A stretch of 64,000 nt of DNA from Opitutales bacterium (GCA_963665345.2 OY762281.2:1216163-1280162), one strand, 5' to 3'; positions 52,877 through 61,554 are shown, counted from the stretch's first letter. Translations and numbers: made by a program. Notes: generated by a model from the sequence alone, not told the origin.

Positions 52877-53590
52877 ATGCCGGTTCATCCCTTTAACCTC
52901 GTTTCTGACCGTGGAGGTGCCGATCCGGTCCCGGCCCGACGTCTCAGTATCGGTGTCCTGGCGCTCCAGGGTGACTATATCGAGCACCGGAATTTGATGC
53001 GCTCGCTCGGGATCGAATTGCGGGAGGTCCGTCTACCCCGGCATCTGGAAGGGCTGCAAGGGTTGATCATTCCTGGCGGAGAGAGCACCACGATCGGAAA
53101 ACTGGCTACGGATTTCGGTCTCGTTGAACCCTTGCGTAGTGCCCACCGGGACGGCTGTGTAATTTGGGGGACCTGCGCGGGCCTGATCTTTCTGGCCAGA
53201 AAGCTGGGTTCCACGGGCTCCGGCGCGCATATCGATCCCCCCCGTTTGAAGCTGCTGGACATCACTGTGAACCGAAACACATTCGGGCGGCAGGTAGACA
53301 GTTTCGAGTTGGAAATCGAAATCCCGGCGGTCTTGAACGCAACCGCTGGCGTTGACCAGAAGAGGATAGACAACGATTCGGGGAAGCCTTTCAGGGCCCT
53401 GTTCATTCGGGCGCCCGGTATCGCCGAGGTCGGTCCGGAGGTTACGGTGCTGGCGAGGGTCGCTGACCCCATCGGGGTGGTGGGGGTGCAGGCGCAGAAC
53501 CTCCTCGGCACCACCTTTCACCCGGAGTTGACGGGCGACAATCGCTTCCACCGCTTTTTTCTTTCCATGGTTGAGTCGGCATGGACTTAG
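52877..53590 (+). CDS. pdxT: pyridoxal 5'-phosphate synthase glutaminase subunit
   Basis: IGVLALQGDYIEH, IIPGGESTT, WGTCAGLIFLA, NTFGRQVDSF and TTFHPELT. It is longer than usual, with an N-terminal extension and an internal insert. Confidence 0.85.
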   Translation: MPVHPFNLVSDRGGADPVPARRLSIGVLALQGDYIEHRNLMRSLGIELREVRLPRHLEGLQGLIIPGGESTTIGKLATDFGLVEPLRSAHRDGCVIWGTCAGLIFLARKLGSTGSGAHIDPPRLKLLDITVNRNTFGRQVDSFELEIEIPAVLNATAGVDQKRIDNDSGKPFRALFIRAPGIAEVGPEVTVLARVADPIGVVGVQAQNLLGTTFHPELTGDNRFHRFFLSMVESAWT

Positions 53591-53664
53591 TACTCCAATT
53601 CGGAAATACAGTGATTTGTGGTACCCGGCACGAAACTGCTAAGGCTCTAAGGCTTCAAAATACG

Positions 53665-54477
53665 ATGAATGCGATGAGTGATCAGAAATGGGTCGAGTTT
53701 TTGAAGCAAGGCTACCTTCGTCTCGGATGCGTCCTGGCCGAGGCTGAACTGCGGCAGCTTTGCCACCGGATTGACGAAATCATGCTGGGACGGGCCTCGG
53801 TGGACTATGACCGCATGCTTATGCAGCTGGATCCGGGCAGCGGTGACTACGGCGACTTGGCCAAGCAGTCGAAAGGTTTCAAGGTGGCTACGCTCAACCA
53901 CCGCAAGATCCAGGACCTCGAGTACGACGCTGTATTCCTGGAGTATCTGCAGAGGCCGCTTTTTCGGCACATCTGTGCTCGAGCCTACGGACCAGAGACC
54001 GAAGTGGCTTGTTTCCGTTCCATGTTCATGAACAAGCCCGCCCACGGCGGTACCCGTTTACGATGGCATCAGGATCGCTGGACCTTCCTCGACAGGGATC
54101 CCAAAATCACGATCTGGACTGCTCTCGATCCTTCTTCCGTAGCCAATGGTTGTATACAGATAATTCCCGGATCCCACCACGCTCTGATCAACGAGGAGAG
54201 CGGCTCAGGATTTCTCACCGAAGAGCAGGCCGAGGCGGAAGTAGCAAGAGCCGACCCCATTTACCTGGAGGTCCCAGCCGGGAATGCAGTTTTGCTGCAC
54301 AACTGGCTCTTGCATAGTTCAGACTGCAATGGAACCGACATTGCCCGCCGGGCCTTCAGCGTATGCTACATGGACGCGGCTACGCAGTCTACGAAAGGAG
54401 GGATTTTTCCAATCGTATTCGGAAAGTCCGCCCTTTCCCCGGATCAGGTCCGCCGTCGAGTGCATCGGTGCAGGTGA
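53665..54477 (+). CDS. phytanoyl-CoA dioxygenase (PhyH) family Fe(II)/2-oxoglutarate oxygenase
   Basis: FLKQGYLRLGCVL, LRWHQDRW (HxD region), IIPGSHH and LLHNWLLHSSDCN. Confidence 0.7.
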   Translation: MNAMSDQKWVEFLKQGYLRLGCVLAEAELRQLCHRIDEIMLGRASVDYDRMLMQLDPGSGDYGDLAKQSKGFKVATLNHRKIQDLEYDAVFLEYLQRPLFRHICARAYGPETEVACFRSMFMNKPAHGGTRLRWHQDRWTFLDRDPKITIWTALDPSSVANGCIQIIPGSHHALINEESGSGFLTEEQAEAEVARADPIYLEVPAGNAVLLHNWLLHSSDCNGTDIARRAFSVCYMDAATQSTKGGIFPIVFGKSALSPDQVRRRVHRCR

Positions 54478-54511
54478 TGCCGAACGCATATTCGAGTTCT
54501 CTCGAGGCGCA

Positions 54512-55489
54512 TCAACCGGGAACCAAATGCACGTCGCGCATGTTGTGCTGCCCGGACTTTTCGAGCTCGAACACGATCGCACCGTCGTTAAACACGGTTA
54601 CGGTCCCGGAGGATTCCGAAACTACCACGGCGACTGAATCGGTGCGGGCGGTTATGGCGGCGGCCGAAGTGTGTCGGGCGCCCAAACCTGGTTTCAGCGA
54701 TATTCTATGGGCGGCGGCGTCCAAATAGGTGCCGGCCGATTCCACGATGCCTTTGGCATTCACTACGAATGCGCCGTCCATAAGGGCAAATTCCCTGAGC
54801 GATTCCAGGAAGTCGGGGTTGTGGATGTCGCGGCTGCGATGGGGATGCCCGATGCACGGATTGAGCACGATTTGGCGAAGGTAGGGACGCAATTCATCGG
54901 GGTTCCCCAGCACAAAGGTGGTGCCGAAGGGCCGGCCTTCGCGACCTTCGGCAGCGAACCTCAGGGCGATGTCGATAATTCGTGCGAACTCCTTCGTCGT
55001 AATGAGAGGCTGAGATTCCTCGAAGTCTTCGTGTTCGAACCAGGGAAAATCTCTTCTCGGATTGGTAAGCTGAAGCGTATCGAGCCGTTTGGAACCCGCC
55101 ACGCCGGATAGACAGATGATACTTTCATCAAGGGAGACGAGGTCATTGATAACAGCGAGGAACAACCCCAGATGAATCTGGCTCATACGTGAAAGCGGGA
55201 CGTCGGGAATGTGAAGAAGGATTTCACCCTCTTCACCGGATCCTTTAAACTCGGATCCGTCGCGAATGAGCCAGATGATCACCTCCCCTGAAGTCATGCG
55301 CTCAATCATTCGTATGTCGGGCAGTTCATCTGCCTGCACCAGGAGCTTCTTGATTTCGAGAGAACGCGCCAGCTCAACGGCAAACCTCACCAGACGGCGC
55401 GATTCAAGGTTCTCGCGCCGGTTCCCAAGTTCCTTTGCGGCACTGGGAACAGCTTTTTCCGGGCGCCGTGACCCTGCGATAGTAGGCAT
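54512..55489 (-). CDS. DisA_N/DAC (diadenylate cyclase) domain protein with an uncharacterised N-terminal domain
   Basis: The C-terminal half is ...TTFVLG...LMDGAFVVNAKGIVESAGTYL...LGARHTSAAAITARTDSVAVVVSESSGTVTVF, colinear with the DAC DGA...GTRHRAA...VVSEETG motifs. It has RHT instead of RHR. Confidence 0.65.
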   Translation of the reverse strand: MPTIAGSRRPEKAVPSAAKELGNRRENLESRRLVRFAVELARSLEIKKLLVQADELPDIRMIERMTSGEVIIWLIRDGSEFKGSGEEGEILLHIPDVPLSRMSQIHLGLFLAVINDLVSLDESIICLSGVAGSKRLDTLQLTNPRRDFPWFEHEDFEESQPLITTKEFARIIDIALRFAAEGREGRPFGTTFVLGNPDELRPYLRQIVLNPCIGHPHRSRDIHNPDFLESLREFALMDGAFVVNAKGIVESAGTYLDAAAHRISLKPGLGARHTSAAAITARTDSVAVVVSESSGTVTVFNDGAIVFELEKSGQHNMRDVHLVPG

Positions 55490-55802
55490 GGTAACAATAA
55501 AGGGTAGTGACTGAAGGCGAGGCGACTGGATCCCGATTAGCAGTAACTATATCGTTAAGCCAATCCAAACCGCCGGGTATTAACGAGACCGTGGGAAACG
55601 TCGGGATATTCGATGATTGCAGCTCCCTGGCCCGTTTTGCCGCCCGGGTCAGCTCCCGTATTCGCCCTTATCAGCGCTTTCCCCGATTTTTCCACGGTCT
55701 TTACCATAGCATCCGATCGGGCATAGGGCAATGCTTGACTGGGCGAAGTCTTGGCGAAGACTGTTGCTGCGTGGAAAAGGCTTCCCAAAGGTGTCGTTCC
55801 AA

Positions 55803-56234
55803 ATGAACTTGCTGAGGCAGTTGCTAGGGCTTTGCTCCGGTGTGGTCATATTCGCGGCATTGACCGCCGCGTTTCATCCCCAACGGTTAGCCTGGTCAGA
55901 AGAGGTACTGGGTGAAGGGGAGGTCGCCCTCACCGAGGCGTTGTCCTGGGACGCTGAGGCACTTTGGGTGGATGCTCGTACCCGAGCTCAATTCGAAGCG
56001 GACCATATACCGGGCGCCCTTTTGCTGAATGAGGACGAGTGGGAGGCCCTGCTTCCGAACTTTCTGGTGCGTTGGCAGCCCGACATGAAAGTCGTTGTGT
56101 ATTGTGACAGCCGGCAATGCGGGGCGAGCCATGCTTTGGCCGATCTGTTGCGCGAATCGGTTGGACTCGAGGAGGTCTATATTCTAAACGGAGGTTGGAA
56201 GACATGGCTGGAAAGTCAGGGCGACCGGGAATGA
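55803..56234 (+). CDS. membrane-anchored rhodanese-like domain protein
   Basis: N-terminal hydrophobic helix (LLGLCSGVVIFAALTAAF). Rhodanese fold: WVDARTRAQFEADHIPGALLL...VVVYCDSRQCGASHALA...YILNGGWKTW, with the active-site Cys present. Confidence 0.75.
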   Translation: MNLLRQLLGLCSGVVIFAALTAAFHPQRLAWSEEVLGEGEVALTEALSWDAEALWVDARTRAQFEADHIPGALLLNEDEWEALLPNFLVRWQPDMKVVVYCDSRQCGASHALADLLRESVGLEEVYILNGGWKTWLESQGDRE

Positions 56235-56710
56235 GATGGATCCTGTGGGTCCTGCGCTGGGTGGGAGCGGGTATATTTATCTACGCCGGTGGCATTAAGC
56301 TTGCCGACCTTCCCGCATTCCTCTCCGCAATCGAGAGTTTCCGCCTCTTCCCCTACAGATTCGCCGTGATTTCCGTCTACTATGTCCCCTGGTTGGAAAT
56401 CTTAGCCGGATTTGCTTTACTCAACCCGCTGTTTCGACGCGCCGGAGGGATCGTCTTGGTCGCTCTGGTGGCCGTATTTGTTGTCCTCAAGCTATCGGCT
56501 GCGGCGCGAGGCATTGATATTCAATGTGGGTGTTTTGGAGTCGCGCGAGCAGGTGAATCTCCGTATCTGTGGTATTTTATGCGGGACGCTATGATCCTGC
56601 TCCTGCTTTCCCTGGTCCTTCGCTTTGACGTGTCGGAGCACGAAACCCGGCGCGGAGCTCAGGGCAAGATAGTGGATTCAGGAACACCGCTGGCGGGATC
56701 AGCGCTATGA
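56231..56710 (+). CDS. MauE/DoxX family membrane protein
   Basis: Four predicted TM helices (MRWILWVLRWVGAGIFIYAGGIKL...) and a CGCFG motif. The ATG overlaps the rhodanese stop (ATGA). Confidence 0.6.
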   Translation: MRWILWVLRWVGAGIFIYAGGIKLADLPAFLSAIESFRLFPYRFAVISVYYVPWLEILAGFALLNPLFRRAGGIVLVALVAVFVVLKLSAAARGIDIQCGCFGVARAGESPYLWYFMRDAMILLLLSLVLRFDVSEHETRRGAQGKIVDSGTPLAGSAL

Positions 56711-56725
56711 ACAAGGAGGTATGCC

Positions 56726-57382
56726 ATGAGAATATTAATCGGAATTTTGCTGGTTGGAGCGGGGTGGCCTGGAATCTGCCTTGGGCAACTTGCCTGGGCC
56801 GAGACGCATCTCAAAATTCAGGCCGAACCTGAAGATAAAGAAGTGATCGGGACATTTTCGTTTCAGAATGGCGGCAGTGAGACCGTAACCATTCTGAACG
56901 TGACTTCGAGTTGTGGCTGTACGGTGGCCGAACTGGATAGGAAAGTGTATGATCCCGGAGAAAGTGGCTCTATTCGCGCCACCTTTTCCGTTGGCAGCCG
57001 GGTTGGAACCCAAATTAAGAGGATTACGGTGAGAAGTGACCAAGACGGGGGTAGTAGCCAGGTTCTCATTCTGGAGACGAGAATTCCTGAGATTCTGCGC
57101 GTGCATCCAAAATTAGTGCTTTGGCAGGTCGGCCAGAAACCGGAGCCCAAACGGGTATTGCTTACCGTAGGCGTAGCAGAGGAAGTAAGCATCAATCGGG
57201 TATCTACGCAGGGTTCTGGCTTGTTTACTTCCGAACTCGAAGTGATCGAGCCCGGGCGCCGCTACGCGCTTACGGTGACACCTGCGGATACGGCCGAAGC
57301 GCAGCGATCGACGGTCTCGCTACATACCGATTACCCGGCTGACGATCCCCGCGTCTATCGCGTTTTTGCCTTCATTAAGTAG
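56726..57382 (+). CDS. DUF1573 domain protein, exported
   Basis: A signal peptide, then FSFQNGGSETVTILNVTSSCGCTVAE, the hallmark DUF1573 segment. Confidence 0.7.
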   Translation: MRILIGILLVGAGWPGICLGQLAWAETHLKIQAEPEDKEVIGTFSFQNGGSETVTILNVTSSCGCTVAELDRKVYDPGESGSIRATFSVGSRVGTQIKRITVRSDQDGGSSQVLILETRIPEILRVHPKLVLWQVGQKPEPKRVLLTVGVAEEVSINRVSTQGSGLFTSELEVIEPGRRYALTVTPADTAEAQRSTVSLHTDYPADDPRVYRVFAFIK

Positions 57383-57531
57383 GAGATGATGACCGTTCTT
57401 CTTTTATTGTAACACGAGCTTCGGAACCGGAAGCCATTACTGTAAGTCTAGGAGATTAAGACGAATGCATGGGCAGAACGAATCGATCCCTTACACTTTA
57501 CCGAAGGTCGTAACCTCTTAACCGAATAGCT

Positions 57532-59244
57532 GTGACTCAACTTGACGAGATTCCCGACGAAAACGCTGGCCGAAAACGGAAGATAATCCACTGGAGCCCG
57601 GAAGGATCCGCGGTACAGCCCACTACTGAAGTCGGGAAGAGCAGGAGGGGGCCGTTGGTGGTAGCCATGCTGGCGGTATTGGTGCTCTTCGGACTCTTTG
57701 TTGTGGTCCGCGCCTACCAGATTGGACTCTTTTGGGGTGCCATAACAGGAGGGCCGGGCATAGACTTGGCGCAAGGGCTGAACCGTGCTGGAGGCTACCG
57801 TTTTGTCAGCAGGGAGAGAATCGATCGAGTTCGTTCCGCGACCGAGCAGTCGCTGGAGGACATCCGCCTACTTTCGGGTGACCATCCTGTGATGCTGCAA
57901 AATCTCATTCTGATCGAGCAGGCGGTGGAAGAAGCGGATCGCAGTACCGCCTCGGCCGACTATGATATTGCGCTGGAGCGACTCGAAGGCGTCCAGCGAA
58001 GGGTGGCTGACTTTCGTACCCTGGTTGCCGAGAAACAGGAAGCCGGCAAGACTTACGATGAGTTTCTCAATCTCATGGAAACCGGCGAGGCCATACAGCG
58101 CCATGCGCCCTATGATTTTGAGAGTGCCATAGCTACCGGCAATGAGGGCAGGGCGATGATGGATTCGGGGGACTTTTCTGGCGGTCTGCGAATGTTCCGC
58201 AGGGCCAGCAAAATGATGAATGATCTGGATACCCGCGTAGACGCTGTGATGCTGGAGAAGGAACTGAAAGCGAAGCATGCAATGTCGCTTGGCGATGGGG
58301 AAAGTGCGGCGCGGTTGTTTGATGGGATACTCGAGATCAAACCAGACTATGAACCTGCACGCATAGGTCTCAACCGCGCCGGTAACGCCGGGCAGGTAGT
58401 GGCATTGCTCAGCGCTGCCAAGGAAAATGAGGGGCGAGGTAAATTGGAGGAGGCGCTGCAGGGATATGAGCAAGCCTATTCGTTGGACAGCCTTTCCGCC
58501 CGAGCGCAGCAGGGGGCAGCCCGCGTCAAGCGGACTATCGAGGAGCAGAAGTACGACGGATTTATGTCCAGGGCGGCAGATGCCGAAGAGGCTGGAAAAT
58601 GGGACCTCGCCATCAGTGCCTACGAAGAATCCAAAGAAGCCTTTCCGGAGCGCGAGGAAATTCAGGAGGCTCTGGAAAATGCAAAGGAATTGAAATGGCA
58701 GATGGAACTCGATGCTGCTATGGCTAAGGCGGTTGTGGCGGAGAAGGCCCGGGAATGGGACGCCGCTCGGCGGGCCTACCAGGAGGTGCTGGACCTCGAT
58801 GAGGAGAATCCGGAAGCCATCGACGGTCTATTTCGTTCAGGAAAGATGATTCGTGCCCTGTTGCGCTATGAAAGCTCTCTCGAGAACGCCCATGAGTATG
58901 CGCAGAAAGGGTTTTTTCAGAAGGGAATCCGCGCTTTTAACGATGCCATGGCAATTAAGCCTTCTTATCTTCCCCTGGACGTAGCGACCAAACGGCTACG
59001 CGATCTTCTGAAAGTTCAGAGTCAGCCGGTGCGGTTGACGATCGTTTCCGATGAGCGGACCTGGGTGAGTATCAGCGGATTCAAGCTGCTGGGTAAGATC
59101 AATCAGAAAACCGTCAATATCTTGCCCGGCAATTATAAGATTCGGGGCCGTCGCAAGGGTTACCGAGATGTGGTGATCAATCTCCGAATCCGTCAGGGGA
59201 TGCCCTTGAGTCCCATAACGGTAATCTGTGCGGAGCGGATTTAG
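57532..59244 (+). CDS. membrane-anchored TPR-like repeat protein with C-terminal PEGA-like beta domain
   Basis: GTG start. One TM helix (GPLVVAMLAVLVLFGLFVVV). A long helical, TPR-like region follows (EEALQGYEQAYSLD, WDLAISAYEES, WDAARRAYQEVLDLDEENPEAIDGL, KGIRAFNDAMAIKPSY). The C-terminal segment VRLTIVSDERTWVSISGFKLLGKINQKTVNILPGNYKIRGRRKGYRD resembles PEGA. Confidence 0.5.
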   Translation: MTQLDEIPDENAGRKRKIIHWSPEGSAVQPTTEVGKSRRGPLVVAMLAVLVLFGLFVVVRAYQIGLFWGAITGGPGIDLAQGLNRAGGYRFVSRERIDRVRSATEQSLEDIRLLSGDHPVMLQNLILIEQAVEEADRSTASADYDIALERLEGVQRRVADFRTLVAEKQEAGKTYDEFLNLMETGEAIQRHAPYDFESAIATGNEGRAMMDSGDFSGGLRMFRRASKMMNDLDTRVDAVMLEKELKAKHAMSLGDGESAARLFDGILEIKPDYEPARIGLNRAGNAGQVVALLSAAKENEGRGKLEEALQGYEQAYSLDSLSARAQQGAARVKRTIEEQKYDGFMSRAADAEEAGKWDLAISAYEESKEAFPEREEIQEALENAKELKWQMELDAAMAKAVVAEKAREWDAARRAYQEVLDLDEENPEAIDGLFRSGKMIRALLRYESSLENAHEYAQKGFFQKGIRAFNDAMAIKPSYLPLDVATKRLRDLLKVQSQPVRLTIVSDERTWVSISGFKLLGKINQKTVNILPGNYKIRGRRKGYRDVVINLRIRQGMPLSPITVICAERI

Positions 59245-59336
59245 TGCCGGACACGATACTAGGTTTGGGCGCCGAGTACGGACGTGAACCAATAATTAGC
59301 AAATCGAGCATTAATTTGAATTCGGCGGAGTGAGTT

Positions 59337-60170
59337 ATGAAAAAGACGTTTAAGTTGATATCCTATGGAGCAATCGGTGCCCTCTTTGTGCTTTCCACCC
59401 CACTGAGTTTCGCCCCGCCGGATCCGGATATATTCGATGGTACTAAGTATAAGGACGAGCAGGAGAAACAGTCGCTTATACGGCAGATGATCACGAAGAG
59501 ACCGCAATTCGGACGACCCGGACCGTTTAATTCCGAAGGCAAGCCCAACGCCCAAGGTGGCATGAGCGAAAAGCAGAACCAAAAAGGGCAGGAGCAGGGG
59601 GGCCAGGGCCAGACGCAGAATCAGCAACAACAGGCTTCCGGCCAGGAGGGTGACCAGCAAGGGGGCGGTGGTGGCGGAGAACCGTCCGAGGAGGTCGAAG
59701 AGGGGGCAGGCGGAGCGCTTGGCGGAGAGCTCGACGAGGAAAAGGAATTGCCGCCCGAACAGCAGGGCGGGGGTGGCATGGCCGGCGAGGAAGGTGAGGA
59801 GCAGCTCGCCGAGGGAGCCGGAGGGGCGCTCGGTGGAGAACTCGATGAAGAGAAGGATTTGCCCGCGGAGCAGCAGGGCGGTGCGATGGCCGGCATGGAA
59901 AGTATGGATCCCGGTTCTTTGGAGGATATGCAGCAGGCCATGGGCGGAGGTGAACTGGAAGAGGCCAAAAAGATGACCAATGCGATCCAACTCGGTTCGC
60001 CGGCGGAGATGATTGAAATGGCCGAAGAACTGAAGAGGCAGGGGGAACAGCAACAGCTTGGCCAGGTGGAAGGATCCCAGGAATCACAGTCCAACCGTCC
60101 TATGGCAGGAAGAAATAAAGGCCTTTCCCGTGGCGTGGAATCGGGTGAATCCATTTCCACCGAGCTTTAG
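59337..60170 (+). CDS. secreted acidic low-complexity (Gln/Gly/Glu-rich) protein with internal tandem repeat
   Basis: Signal peptide MKKTFKLISYGAIGALFVLSTPLSFA. The remainder is dominated by Q, G and E. GAGGALGGELDEEK(E/D)LP(P/A)EQQGG occurs twice. Confidence 0.5.
   Translation: MKKTFKLISYGAIGALFVLSTPLSFAPPDPDIFDGTKYKDEQEKQSLIRQMITKRPQFGRPGPFNSEGKPNAQGGMSEKQNQKGQEQGGQGQTQNQQQQASGQEGDQQGGGGGGEPSEEVEEGAGGALGGELDEEKELPPEQQGGGGMAGEEGEEQLAEGAGGALGGELDEEKDLPAEQQGGAMAGMESMDPGSLEDMQQAMGGGELEEAKKMTNAIQLGSPAEMIEMAEELKRQGEQQQLGQVEGSQESQSNRPMAGRNKGLSRGVESGESISTEL
59703..59882 (+). repeat. in-frame imperfect tandem repeat (period 111 nt, 2 copies) inside the 59337-60170 CDS
   Basis: aa 123-145 and aa 160-182 are near-identical (GAGGALGGELDEEKELPPEQQGG / GAGGALGGELDEEKDLPAEQQGG). 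The nucleotide copies differ mainly at synonymous positions. Confidence 0.8.
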
Positions 60171-60269
60171 TCCGGAAATCTCTTAGGGCAGCGAAGCAGC
60201 CAATAAGCAGTTAATGATCAGAGATATACAAGGAAAACTTTGTTCGAAAACCCCAGAGGAGAGCCAACT

Positions 60270-61091
60270 ATGAAACCTACGAAAACATTCGGATTTGGAC
60301 TACTCGCGATCTTCGTGTTGCTTCTCGGTCCGCTCTCAACCGATGCGGCGACCATGATCCTGCCTGTGGAAGCGATACCCGACAGCGGATGGATGCGTAA
60401 AGATGACTTTCGAAATCGCTATCCCGGGATCGACATATCCGGCGATGTGCCTACCGAAGTGGGATACTATGTGCGCTACGTCCACGATGACCTTACCTAC
60501 TTTTTCGGTCCCACCGATACCTATAGCGAAGCTATGGAGCATTTGGAGAAGATGGAGATCATACGCGAAGATGTCATTTATGAGAGGCCGCCTTTGCGAG
60601 AGAGCACGGTCGACATCTACCATTTTTCCTTTGAGAAATTCGGTGGCCTCGAATCTCTGGAAAAGGGGCTCAGTGAAGGTTTGGAAGTAGCTGAAGGCGA
60701 AGTCAGCGGCGAGGGTTCAGAGACGGGCGGCGGACAGGGCGCGGACGGCCAGGATGATGGCGCAGAAGGCGGTCAGATTGGCGAGTTCAGCGCGTCGCAG
60801 TTAGGCGAGATGATGGGCGGCGCTCAGGGCCAAGACGGCCGCCAAGGTCAACAGGGCAATCAAGGCCAGCAGCAGGGTCAGCAGGGACAATATTCCTCCA
60901 CCTCCTACGGCAGCATGTCCTCCAGCAGTTCCAGCTCCAGTTCGTCGCGCTCCCGCAGCAGGAGCCAGCAGTCCGGCGGGGGCGGTGGACCGCCCGTCGG
61001 CTCACCCAGCAGCGGGTCGCCCTCCCAGCAGCGGCAACAGCAGCAGAGCCTGCCGCTTTTTCAGATTCTGAGGCGGATCTTCGGGTTTTAA
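60270..61091 (+). CDS. secreted protein: about 130-aa ordered N-domain, then Gly/Glu, Gln/Gly and poly-Ser low-complexity tail
   Basis: Signal peptide MKPTKTFGFGLLAIFVLLLGPLSTDA. The tail reads ...GQDGRQGQQGNQGQQQGQQGQYSSTSYGSMSSSSSSSSSSRSRSRSQQSGGGGG...QQRQQQQSLPLFQILRRIFGF. Confidence 0.5.
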   Translation: MKPTKTFGFGLLAIFVLLLGPLSTDAATMILPVEAIPDSGWMRKDDFRNRYPGIDISGDVPTEVGYYVRYVHDDLTYFFGPTDTYSEAMEHLEKMEIIREDVIYERPPLRESTVDIYHFSFEKFGGLESLEKGLSEGLEVAEGEVSGEGSETGGGQGADGQDDGAEGGQIGEFSASQLGEMMGGAQGQDGRQGQQGNQGQQQGQQGQYSSTSYGSMSSSSSSSSSSRSRSRSQQSGGGGGPPVGSPSSGSPSQQRQQQQSLPLFQILRRIFGF

Positions 61092-61127
61092 GCAAACTGT
61101 CGGGCTGCACTATATCGACGATTCCAG

Positions 61128-61523
61128 TCAAGGAAGTTCACTCTGGAGTCTCCGGTCGAATGTCTGGAGGGCGCGGCCATGCGACTTCGCTAACCCGGAA
61201 ATCATGTAGTTTCCGAAATCGGCCTTTCCCTTCCGAAAAGTCTTTAGGACGGATCGCAGTCGGTCCGGATCCTCGAAGCTGAACGCTGAATCATGCAAAA
61301 GCTCATCAAGTACCTCAGCCCAGGCTTCACGACCGAATTGATAGCATGTCTGAAGCACCCAGAATCCCTCCAGCACAACGAGGTCGAGAATAAGGATAGC
61401 TCGATTTACTTTGGATTCGGCGCCGATGACTTCCGCAACCGCTTCGCACTGATCTTTGTCATCCTGAACGATGTGCCGAACCAGGCAGTTCGTGTCGAAG
61501 GCGATCTTAGGGTTCTGATTCAT
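61128..61523 (-). CDS. vapC: PIN domain toxin (VapC-type)
   Basis: 131 aa. IAFDTNCLVRH (first acidic residue), VVLEGFWVL, ADFGNYMI and LQTFD. It lies downstream of an AbrB-type antitoxin gene. Confidence 0.75.
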   Translation of the reverse strand: MNQNPKIAFDTNCLVRHIVQDDKDQCEAVAEVIGAESKVNRAILILDLVVLEGFWVLQTCYQFGREAWAEVLDELLHDSAFSFEDPDRLRSVLKTFRKGKADFGNYMISGLAKSHGRALQTFDRRLQSELP

Positions 61524-61554
61524 AGATAACGCGCCAATTGCCCAGCTTGTCGTT

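Noticed and set aside
59259-60053. 264-aa minus-strand ORF (and the 59527-60087 and 59621-60160 ORFs) opposite the Q/G/E-rich gene
   Set aside because: These are mirror-image low-complexity translations of the same repeat-rich DNA. The plus-strand ORF has an ATG, a clean signal peptide, and co-orientation with its neighbours. The strand choice still rests on inference.
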